From positions 183,639 through 203,638 of the forward strand of contig JALDZS010000020.1 in NCBI GenBank assembly GCA_022813965.1: 20,000 nucleotides of DNA, written 5' to 3'. The position numbers and the translations under genes are program-made. Of this stretch, positions 1-10,153 are shown piece after piece (position 1 is the stretch's first letter; each line of letters begins with the position of its first letter). Below the pieces are notes generated by a model. The model was not told the origin of the DNA. It did not search any database and saw nothing but the letters and a program-made list of their open reading frames with translations. The stretch is from Toensbergia leucococca. Taxonomy: Eukaryota.

Positions 1-1253
1 CTGGTGTTTGAGGCCCTCTAGGCGTATCTGTTCCGCCAGCGAGTGCTCTTGCTGATGCATTTGGTACCGCATTTGCCGCAAGAAGGTGATGCTGAGAAGG
101 GTGTTGCTTTATAGCCTCCCAACCTTTACCATTGTTCAGTTTCATCCAGTCGTATTCACCATCTTCCACCTCTCCCGTGTTCTTAAGTGCTTGCGTGAAC
201 AGATCTCTCAGATAGTCATAGTCCGGCGTATCCTCAAAACCCAAGTTGCGGACGTAGCTTAGATACTTGTTGAACTCCTCTATGCTCAAAGTCAGTATGG
301 TTTCAAATGGGATTGCCTGTGGATCTTACCAGGAAATGCATCGCACAAATCTTTAATTGCCGTGGTCTGCTTCTTCTCCCCAATCTTCTCATACTTTTGC
401 TTATTTGTCGCAGCCTTGAGACCTTGCCATGGTAGACCACCACGCAAAAAGTACATAAAGACGTGGCCGAGGGCTTCTAGATCGTCCCTTCGCGACTGTT
501 CTCGACCTAGATGTGTATTGATGCTCATGTACCGTGCAGTACCCGACAACGACTTTCTTTCTCTATAAGGTATATGTTGCTTTGTCTTCGGATCTCTATA
601 TTGCTTTGCCATACCGAAATCCACGACATGTATAACATTGGCCGATTTTGAGTTAGGTCTGCCGATCAAGAAATTATCTGGTTTGATATCTCGGTATATC
701 AGGTTTTTCTCATGTATCGTTTGAACGCGCGAGAGCTGCAGCCGATATTAGTCTATAAGTCCAATCTTTTAATCTGGGTTGTTGTGATCGGTCAAGTACT
801 CACCATCTGTTTTGCAACCATTACCACCGTCTTGGTGGAAAATCTCCGATTACAGTGGTCAAAAAGATCTTCAAGAGAAGGCCCCAAGAGGTCGATGACA
901 AGGATGTTGTGAAGACCCTCCTGGCCGAAATAGTAGACATTAGGGATCCCCGCTGTTGCCCATTAGCATTGATCTGAAAGTCGGGATATGGTATAGACGA
1001 ACGGCATCCAACAAGTATCTTATATGTTCGGTACTCGTCTCTCAGCTGTGGCGCATCACTCTTCCTTGGTTCCTGCGTTTATTGAGTCAATTGTGTGATT
1101 TAAGAGCCTTGAAGTGACACATACGAATTTAATTGCAACTTGTTGGTTATTAAGCAAGTTCGTTCCCTCGAATATTACACCGAAAGACCCCTCTCCAATC
1201 TTCTTTCCGACCCTATAGTGCACCCCAACCACGTTCGACGACGACGATGCCAT
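1..1253 (-). CDS. Casein kinase I, Yck1/Yck2/Cki1 type; 3' end lies outside the window; at least 4 introns
   Basis: ATG at 1253. Spliced translation [30 protein letters not shown]...[59 protein letters not shown]...|[25 protein letters not shown]...[10 protein letters not shown]...[29 protein letters not shown]...|[23 protein letters not shown]. These are canonical CK1 motifs joined by GT-AG introns. Confidence 0.96.
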
Positions 1254-2595
1254 CAAGGTCCAAATGTCGTAAGTTGAGATACGGCGAGAGATTAAAGCTT
1301 AGGGTAACAGGCCCCAGACGACGGGATGTGGAGAAGGAAATGTCACTCTATGCGTTGTGTACTGCGACTCGGAATTGAAGTGTGACAAGACGTTAGACGG
1401 GACTGGACACTGCATCAATAGAGCTGGGTTAGGTGATGATGGAAATAGGATCCTCAACGTGGATGATCACCATGCGGTAGAAATGGTTCGCCGTGTGACT
1501 AGATCTCTATGATCTGGAGACCAAGCTTGAAGATTCGTTCGGCTCGATGCACATCACGGTCCCAGCAGCACGAGTGTCTCGGTTTCCCTTTCTCAACAAT
1601 GCCAAGTTGCCTCTGTTTCGATGGCAGGAAAGACAATGTCTCTGTTCCTGATTGAAGGGACGTTGTAACTCAAAAGGTTCTGAGAGCGCAATATCTTACT
1701 GTGTCGAGGTAGGCGGGAGATCACCGTTGTGAATAGCCGTACAGAGAATGGCTCGCTTCACTTTTTCGCGTTGTACGTAAGCTCAATGGAATGGCAGTGC
1801 AAGCTTGAAGCGAAGCGGATCGAGTATTTAGGCGGAGTGGTCTCGAGGTTACGCAGAGGCGGTATCGAGGAGGGAGCGGGGACGGTGGTGGTAGTGGTAA
1901 TGTTCTGTGGGTGGTGCCAGGCTGGAAGGTGAGTACGAGTAAAGTTTGACGGTTTGTGACAGGGGGCGGATGACCGAAAGAGGAATGGTGTCTCACGGCC
2001 TTGGCGAAGTTGACTCGGTCCCCTCGGTCCTCGTGTCTCCTTTACAATTTCGAGTTACTGACAATACTTCAAGTTGCTAGTACGAAGAATTTACCGTTCT
2101 AGAAAAATCATGAATTTCGATTCCTTGATTGTATGACAACGCGAGACTAGAGTGCTTTGATATTCTACGAGTACATTCATCTCAGTACGAACAAGTAGGC
2201 TCGAGGTAGTAAGCCACCCAGCTGCATTAATGGCATCAATGCCACTACTCTATTGACACGGCCCGCTTCTCTCTCCGAAAATCCCTCGTACCTCATTGCC
2301 ACAATCTTCGTGTTGTGTGACGCAAACCTGATGATGCATGACTTGTCAATTGATCTTCACTGGGTACCTGACTGGAGTAGCGTGGTTACCTAGCTCTTAT
2401 CTACGTGCATCGGCCAATGTATATTGCCGATAAAGGAGGAGTACAATGCTGCAGTGATTACAGAGCTCATGCATACGAGCCGCTTTATCCACCTCATTGG
2501 AGCATGATGCGGGGTTAGCCTGGCGCCTCTCTGTACACACTTACCTATTGTAGTACCGTCGACTCCTCTCAGTCTCGAATTGTCTACTTCCAATC

Positions 2596-3966
2596 ATGCC
2601 CTACGCTCTGAAGGGTAGAAATGTGCTCGTGACAGCCGCCTCAAGGTACGCCCCAGACTTCCACATGTATCTAACTAAGTCGATATCATTAACGCTCTTC
2701 CAGAGGCTTAGGAGCTCTTGTGGCAGAGAAGTTCGCCGCAGAAGGCTGCAATGTAGCGATCAATTACGTTTCCAACCTTAGCCGGGCCAAGCAGACAGCT
2801 GAAAAGTTGGAGACTACTTACAAAGCTAAGACTGTTGTCGTTCAGGGGGCATGTAGCCGCGAGCAATGAATCTCGTAAATTGAGCTAAGACTAGCGTTCA
2901 GGATATGGGGGTGAAGGCAGATATTGAGAGGACAGTCAAGGAGAGTATTCAGGGCTTGGGCGGCTTGGATATTATCGTTTCGAATGCTGTGAGTACCTCT
3001 TCGACAATCCTGTGCCACTAATCTATGTTCAACTCCTTTCGGATCGGCTTTACCAGCCTAGCTTACCAAACACAAGGGATGGACCAAGTTCGGTGCTTTT
3101 GGCGATCTTCACTCCCTATCAGATGCTGGTAATTCCCTATTATCAAAGTAAGTCATTCTCTGCTCACGTTTGATAGATTGGGATATGGTAGGCCTACCTA
3201 CTTGTCCCTTGGCTTCATCCCATCCCTAACCTGAGACCTCAGTGCTGGGCTGTCAATTGCAAAGGCAACATGCAGCTTTTTCGGGAAGCATCGCCAACGC
3301 TCAATGCCAATCCAGATGGTGGTGTATTCTTGATGACTTCCTCAGTGGCGGTATGAAGGATCTTTCCAAAATTGTCAAATTTATCTAATTAACCTCTGAC
3401 AGGGCATCGCTCCCTCTGGTAAAAGTATGTATCCTCTTGCTGAGCATTTTGCTGATTCTATCTAGGCAGTAGTATGGCGTACTCGGTTACAAAAGCGGCA
3501 GGCGAGTGGGAAAGACTTCAAAATACTTTTTACGTCAATTGACAACATGATTTAGGATTGCACTTGATGCAATGCCTTGCTACAACGCAAGGTCCTAAGA
3601 TTCGAGTCAATGCTGTGCTTCCAGGTCTTCTGGCAACAGAATGGGTAAATCAAGAAATACCATCCATTGAGGGACTACGAGCGACCACTAATAGTGTTAA
3701 AGAGTGACCGCTTTACTCCAGAGCAGGTGAAGGCAGCGGAAAGCCGAGCAGTGTTGAACAAGATAGTAGGTCTCAACTATCGACTAACGAGATTCTGTCA
3801 CTGACGATCACATAGACTGACCTTGATGACTGTGCGGATGCGTTTGTAGCAGCTGCGAAGAACAGCTCAATGACGGGTCAGAAAATCCAAGTTGGTAAGA
3901 GCATGTTTTTCAATCTTTGCGTGTAAAGCTAATATTTTTGCAGACTCGGGTCTCATGATTAGATAG
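2596..3966 (+). CDS. Short-chain dehydrogenase/reductase (classical SDR), 12 exons
   Basis: Spliced: MPYALKGRNVLVTAASR|GLGALVAEKFAAEGCNVAINY...VVQG|DMGVKADIERTVKESIQGLGGLDIIVSNA|GWTKFGAFGDLHSLSDA|DWDM|CWAVNCKGN...VFLMTSSVA|GIAPS|GSSMAYSVTKAA|GLHLMQCLATTQGPKIRVNAVLPGLLATEW|...|TDLDDCADAFVAAAKNSSMTGQKIQV|DSGLMIR*. Has the Rossmann TxxxRGLG, SNAG, catalytic YxxxK and VNAVLPG motifs. Stop TAG at 3964-3966. Confidence 0.9.
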
Positions 3967-4375
3967 CTAGAAGTTTGTGATCTCAAAGAAGTGCCCTGGT
4001 GCTCCTCGAATTTGTGTACGCGGAAGATGCATATAAATCTGCTTTGCTCGGTACTCTACCTGTACTGAAAATGTCTGCATTTGTAGTTTTCAACAACACA
4101 GACTAGAGAACTTTCTAGATGAAACGTCTACTAGATGACGTACTCGAACCGAACAAATCCCTTATCTCATCAGTCCAGCAAATTGATCCAGGTGATAATC
4201 TAACAGGTGGATTTCCCTCGAATTAAAATGCTACCGAGGACCGACTTTCTGGACTTGCACTTCTACTCTGACCATATCGTAGAAGATCGAAGTCAAACAA
4301 ATGAAACCTCATTCCTAACCATGAAGTATATCTTTTGCCACAGGCAGTGCTCGTAAAATGGCAAGCGACGTAGTA

Positions 4376-4586
4376 TGACATTCCTTTTTGATACATTAAC
4401 ACGCATGAAGAAAACATGTTCAATTTAAGAGAAACTCATTTTCTTTATAAAATATGATCTGCTTTGAAGAAACATGTTCATGAGCGTTAAGAAACGTTTC
4501 TTGTCTTAAAGAAGTATGCTGTCGAGGTTGGTAGAATGAAACATGTTTTCTTTAGATAGGTGTCCATATATCAGAAAAGGGTTTCG
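4376..4586. mobile_element. Degenerate MITE-like element (~210 bp, imperfect ~28-bp terminal inverted repeats)
   Basis: Left end TGACATTCCTTTTTGATACATTAACACG (4376-4403). Right end 4559-4586 reverse-complements to CGAAACCCTTTTCTGATATATGGACACC. The AT-rich interior has repeated AAACATGTT. The same terminal motif occurs at 11725 and 15784. Confidence 0.55.
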
Positions 4587-5089
4587 GTCTATCAATAGGC
4601 TATGAAGGTTGCCTCACCACTCGGTGTACAGCGTACGGATACTACAGCAGCCATTGACGCAATATCGGCAAAACACGACGTTCCCTCGTTGCAACCTAGA
4701 ATCAACGTCTAAGATTCACGACTATTGGGAACTACGAGTACCGATTTGAATTCGGACGAAAGACCAGACCTGTTGATCTCTCTGCTGCTACTACTCAACA
4801 TCTCACTATAGCGATACCATGGGCGAGCTTGGTTTATCACATCTGCAGAAGCTACTCGTCATCCAGCCCGGTTGATTCAAAGTGTCAACATATCGATTTT
4901 ACTTCTCAACAGGCATGACATACACTTCGTCTGCAAAGAGGGACCTCTGGACTCTAGCCAAAACTTCCCACAAAATTCCGCATACACAAAAAGAGGAGTA
5001 AGAATTGTGCTAACGACTCATATCTTGTCCACCTTTTTCTCTCTATACACATCGCCTGTCAGACCAATCTCGTACTCGGCGTTCTTTCC

Positions 5090-7950
5090 TCACCCTTCTG
5101 CCTCTAGCTTTCGCACGAGAGGGAGGATCTGGTCTCCGAATTGTTGGATCTCGTCTTCATAATGAAGGAACGCCACTAAGACTATACTAATGCCTAGAGA
5201 TTTGAGCAGCAATATTCGATCGACGATCTGCTGTGGTGTTCCAATCAATTTTGTCTTGAAGCCGTCGTTGTACTGCACTAGATCTTCGAATTTGGAATTC
5301 GCCCACATGCCTGTTTTGTTGCTTGTACTTGCTCCCGCGTTCTTCACTGCGTCGCCAAATGCTCCTACAGCCTCTTTGTCGGCTTTACCTTGGATCTCTT
5401 GCAAGACCCTGATCGCTTCCTCTTTCGTCTCACGAGCGATAACGAAACCATTCACTGCAAATTTTACCTCGGCCAGACGACCCTCCCTTTCCGCCCGTTG
5501 TTTCACGTCTGCGATTTGCGTCTGAAAACCTTCCAGGGTATTTCCGTTCATGAAATAATAATCCGATACACTTGCAGCGTTTTCCCTGGCGTCGATAGAA
5601 TTACCACCTTGGAAGATCTCAGGATAAGGACGACCAGGCTTTACGACTGGTTTTGGTTTGAGTGGGTAGTCGTGGAATTGGTAGAAGTCGCCTTTGAAAG
5701 TGAAACTATCCTGTGTCCAGATTCCCTTCAAGCACGATATGAACTCTCTGCTTCGCCGATATCTCTCTGCGTGGTCCAGCCACCACTGCCCAATACTGGT
5801 GAATTCAAGTTTGAACCACCCTGATACGATATTCACAGCAATGCGGCCCTTCGAGTAGTTGTCGATACTTGCAATTTGCTTTGCGGCAACTGCCGGATTC
5901 CATGGACCTGGTAGAAGTGCAGCAATAACTATAAGCTTCTCTGTGAAGTGTAGCAGCGCCTGGGAGAACGACACGGATTCATGCTGATTTTCCTGGTGAT
6001 CGTCAGTTGATGACCTAAAAGAAAACAGCGACGTTACCGACTGCTCCATAGCCGGCCCTAGGAGGAATTTAGCTTGGAGATCTTTAAATGCATTGGTCCC
6101 TAGCAGTCATTGAGAAAAAGAAAGTACGCACATGAACCTGATTTGGGTCAAGGCGTATTCAAAACCAACGCGTTCGGCGGTCTGTGCATATCGAATGTTT
6201 GCATCCATATCCCAATTAGTCCGCTGGGTGATTTTTGAGATAACCAACCCGCCCGATACATTTGGCACCCAGTAACTAGACTCATTCAGTATCTGGTGGT
6301 GCCATCACACGAGGATCACGTACGCAAATTTTACTCGCGATGGGTCTGCGTTGAGTCTGTCAGCATATGCTAGACTGCCCCCAGTGGATGTGGACTTGGC
6401 AACTGCATTGTCGTCGCTACTCCCATTTGAGGGGCTGGGTGTTAGACTTGTAGACGCCTCGATAGGTACGACAATGCGCTTCCCGGATACAGTGCCGTTT
6501 CTCAACTTATCTAGCGCCTCGTTGATGCCACTGAGTCCACCTTGTGCAAGTTCAATGTCTGGGGTAATCAAAGCCTTTGCCACTAGAAGCTCCTCTAACC
6601 AGATCATTAGCGCTTCCCCGATGACTGGGGCACTGTGGAACACTTTGATCGGGACCTTATGATGTCTCACGCCTGGTACTTTGAGTTTCGGCACTCCAGT
6701 CAAACCTACCAGCTGTGCCTCTGTGCCACCCTCTAGTTTCTGGAGTGCCTCTTGCAGTCGTGATGCGGTCTCTTTACCCACGGTGTCCAGCGCAAATCGC
6801 AAATTTCCTTTTGTGACACTTCGTATGATTTGAATAGCTCTATCGGTATCGTGACGATCTACCAAAACGTCTGCTCCCATCTCGACTAGGCGTGCTCCAT
6901 TTCGGACAATATCCGCGACAACGATTACTCGCAATCCAGCTAATTTAGCAAGTTGAAGTGCCATCAAGCTGGTGTTTGAAGACGCTTATTGATCAGAGAA
7001 ATGCCTTCCACAAGGGATTGGGGAACTCACCTCCCCATATAGCAAACCAGTCTCCCGGCTTGGGGCGGTCCTCCGCCCTCATGCTGTCGAAACATTCATC
7101 TACGACATCCTCTTCAATCTCATTCCGGCCTAGTTCCTTAAGGAGTTCCACTAGATTAGGTCCTAGATATGGCCCTGTCACGTTCGCGAAGTCGACTCCA
7201 AGCGATATACCAATGGCCAACGCAGCGGCCACAAAAGCCACACCGATAGCCGCACCTGATTGGGGCGACATAGTTGTTGGTACTCTAGCAACGTTATAAT
7301 CTGTTGTCACTACATACTGCTGATACGCTGCCTTGCGAACATCGCGGTAGTCTGTAGAAGGACCAAAGACCTATTTGGACATCAGTTCATGTCCCACGAT
7401 GCTAAAGCGACTCTTCATAACATACCGCATCACCAGGCTGAATCCTAGATGGTACCTTAGGGCCTCGAACGACGATCCCCGCGAAGTCCCTTCCGTTTAC
7501 CCATGGAAATGATGGTTGGCCGAAGTTGTAGTCACTGGAGATCCCTTAGTACTGAACAATATGGTGCTCAGTTTCATGAAACATACGGTCCTTTCCAATC
7601 TACGGGGTTCAAGCTTATTGCGACGACCTTAGATGGTTAGTAGATTCTCGTCTTGCTCAAATAGACTTTTATACCTGAACCAAAATCTCTCGATCTGATC
7701 TTAGTTCAGGTATTTCACCTGATTTTTCTAGAGAATAACGTTGTCGAGGTCCGTGTAGTAATAGTATTTCTTGCTGAGGACTTGGAAGATGTATAAAGTC
7801 GTCGTCGCTAAGATCATGAGCCTCCGAGTTTCCATTGGCTTTACCTTCGATTCCATTACTATTGAGAATCTTATCTTTTACTCCGTTTCCAATTGTTTGG
7901 TAAATCTCGCTCTTCTCATTCTCCACATTTGCAGGTGTTTGGGAAGGCAT
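5090..7950 (-). CDS. sfnG: Fusion protein: N-terminal MDR (enoyl-reductase/quinone-reductase-like) domain + C-terminal luciferase-like SfnG-type FMNH2-dependent dimethylsulfone monooxygenase domain; 7 introns
   Basis: ATG at 7950. MDR part: EILVQ|VVAISLNPVDWKG|PDYNFGQPSFPWVNGRDFAGIVV...|VFGPSTDYRDVRKAAYQQYVV...WFAIWG|ASSNTSLMALQLAKLAGLRVI...ALDTVG...GLSGINEALDKLRNGTVSGKRIVV. A Ser/Thr-rich linker with no stop follows. SfnG-like part: KFA|YWVPNVSGGLVISKITQRTNW...GFEYALTQIRF|MAGYGA|ENQHESVSFSQALL...IAALLPGPWNPAVAAKQIA...GRIAVNIVSGWF...WLDHAERYRRSREF...PEIFQGGNS...DLVQYNDGFKTKLIGTPQQI. First stop is TGA 5092-5090; the frame stays open to 5018. The symbol applies to the C-terminal domain only. 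Confidence 0.88.
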
Positions 7951-8658
7951 GGCTGGAGTCTGAAAATGGATGATACGAACAAGGAACACAGGAAATATTT
8001 GTTATTCTCCAGATTTTGTTGATTTGTTTCTTTTCAAGATTTCCTGGGGTTCCAGCTCGCAGATGTGCCAGCAGATGTGATCTGCCATCAACAGGTATGG
8101 CATTGAGCATGATGTGGGCCGTTCTTTCATCACCCCTGCCCATTAGCTTTGACTGGTACGGATTGCGTGATTATCAAGACGACCGAACCACATTCATCCC
8201 AATAGGAAGAGTATACCAACTACTTGGGTCTGAATACCGTATTAATTGGTGTATAAGATACTACTAGGTTACAAGAACAGAATCGATTCGGTCTTCAGAC
8301 GCGGGATATAAGACTCTAGTCTTATATACCAATTGATACGGTATCTCGTGCTGTTCTCATATTGGTCGTTCTTACCCCACAGATTGCTCCTCGTGGCAGA
8401 AGACGTGATTTTGATACTTTAGTAGCTGCATTGGATGGTTATCTCAGTATCCTGGTCATTGATGGTTCCAGATTACTCGATCTGCAACAAACCCAAAGGA
8501 AGCCCAGGTAGGCACTATCTGGGGGTGTCGATGCTGCGTTCTAAACCACAACATTTCTATAAAAGTTGTTGAGTGTGTATATACCTCTACCACCTGTTAA
8601 TATTCTTTTCTTCGTACCTGGCCTATCGATAGATATCCCTACAGAGCTACTCGCCAAG
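7951..8658. promoter_or_regulatory. Divergent promoter region shared by the MDR-SfnG fusion and the transporter gene
   Basis: Head-to-head ATGs at 7950 (-) and 8659 (+). TATAAAA near 8558. Candidate motifs GATTGCGTGAT (8161) and GAAGACGTGAT (8399). Confidence 0.5.
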
Positions 8659-9657
8659 ATGTCTCATGAAAATCGAATTCACCAACTCGAGGACATCGCA
8701 AACAGAAGTCCTCTGCATGAGGGCAAATGGGATACGTTGGCAGCGGGCCAAATGAGCACTTCCTCCTCGCAGAATGGAACAACTCATCTGGTTCCAGTCC
8801 CCGTAACGATAAAGGCACAGCTTGGAAGTCCAGTATACCTCCGGACCCATTGTAAGGGACTTCAGAATACCAATGCTTACAGAAATAGACGGCACTGGCT
8901 ATCGGTGCTTTCTCTACGACGTTGACGACATTGGCACTTTCTTTGATGGAATGGCGAGGAGTAACAACCACAAACGTCTACATTGGCAATTTCTTCTTCG
9001 TTGCAGGTTTGAATCAATTTAATGGTCTCGGGTTGGGGTGATGACTGACTTTTTGGTTCAGGCATCGGAATGGTCATTTCTGCACAATGGGAGCTTGTAC
9101 TGGGAAACACGTACGCTTATACCGTTCTGTCTGCGTTCGGTCTATTTTATGGCGGGTTTGGTGCCATTATTACTCCAATTTTCGGCGTGACCGCAGTATA
9201 CGGTACGGACACAGCCGAATATAACAATGCGTTAGGTTTTTTCGTACTGAGTAAGTCCTGTTGGAAGTTGCCTGGCATTCTGGATTCTTACAGAGTACAG
9301 TGTGGGCAGTGTGGAACCTGTTCTTCCTTCTCGGTTCGCTTCCGCTGTAAGTGAAACGCCAATGTCGGCATTCCGAAGCTTACTGACCTGTAAATCAGTA
9401 ACCTTGTTTACATTGGTATTTTCTTTACTGTGGAGATGGCATTCACCCTGGTAGCGGCTTCGTGCTTTGCCACGGCTGACGGCCATCTGGTTGCAGCAAC
9501 GGGGCTAAAGAAGGCTGGAGGGGTTTTCGCATTTCTCTCGTGCATGCTTGGATACTACACTGTTTGCAATCTGATGTGTCAACAGGCGATGTTCTTCTCC
9601 TTCCCAATGGGGGATACTAGCCATCTCTTCGTACGCAAAGCGGCGAAGACTGAGTAG
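8659..9657 (+). CDS. GPR1/FUN34/YaaH (AceTr/SatP) family membrane transporter, AlcS-like; 4 introns
   Basis: Spliced: MSHENRIHQLEDI...AQLGSP|TALAIGAFSTTLTTLALSLMEWRGVTTTNVYIGNFFFVA|GIGMVISAQWELVLGNTYAYTVLSAFGLFYGGFGAIITPIFGV...EYNNALGFFVL|MWAVWNLFFLLGSLP|LNLVYIGIFFTVEMAFTLVAA...KKAGGVFAFLSCMLGYY...FPMGDTS. About six hydrophobic segments plus the WE-x-x-x-GNT and FGLFY family motifs. Confidence 0.9.
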
Positions 9658-10153
9658 AAGGAGGGACGTGTGGCCAAGAAAGCAGGTTGACTGGTCTTTT
9701 CAAGTCTGGATCCGCTGATTGTACATGTTGGCATAGAAACATCAGGAATGAGTTCTAGGCCCCCGGCCGACGACCTATGAGCGCGGTCCAAGGATAGGAG
9801 ATATACTGGGGTGAATGCAGCAGAACTTGTCATTCGTGCAATGTTGATCTACACCCCCGCCAAATTGAAGTCTTCCAATAGCCGGACTTAGGCGCATAAG
9901 TCGTTGATATGTGGCGCTGGGCCCCTCAGCACGCAATCGGCTCAATCAAAGCTTCGGCCATACGTACCACGATCATTGCCTTTCTTAGCAATTTTCCTCG
10001 ATCGTCGGATTCCTGCAGGGCCAATCCTCATCGATACAATACATGTAATCTTTCTACACCAGGAGACAACAAATCGCTTTAAAATAATAGCAAAAGTCCT
10101 TACTTACCTGCTTCCAAGGCCTCGTTCTCCAGCATTCTCTTTGAGTACTCAGC

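Noticed and set aside
1254..2595. Short ORFs (91, 67 and 67 aa) between CK1 and the SDR
   Set aside because: Low-complexity translations with no family motifs; consistent with the CK1 5' UTR and a divergent promoter.
4407..4550. Repeated AAACATGTT units as a CRISPR-like or regulatory array
   Set aside because: Short, irregularly spaced, in a eukaryotic context, and inside the MITE-like relic.
5190..5824. Plus-strand ORFs of 111 and 144 aa, and similar antisense ORFs over CK1, the DszC-like gene, FMO and Hv1
   Set aside because: They are shadow frames opposite well-supported genes and show no recognisable motifs.
6305..7989. Treating the MDR ORFs and the luciferase-like ORF as two separate genes
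   Set aside because: The stop at 6305-6307 lies inside a GT-AG intron (6323-6276), the frame is continuous after splicing, and the SfnG part has no start codon.
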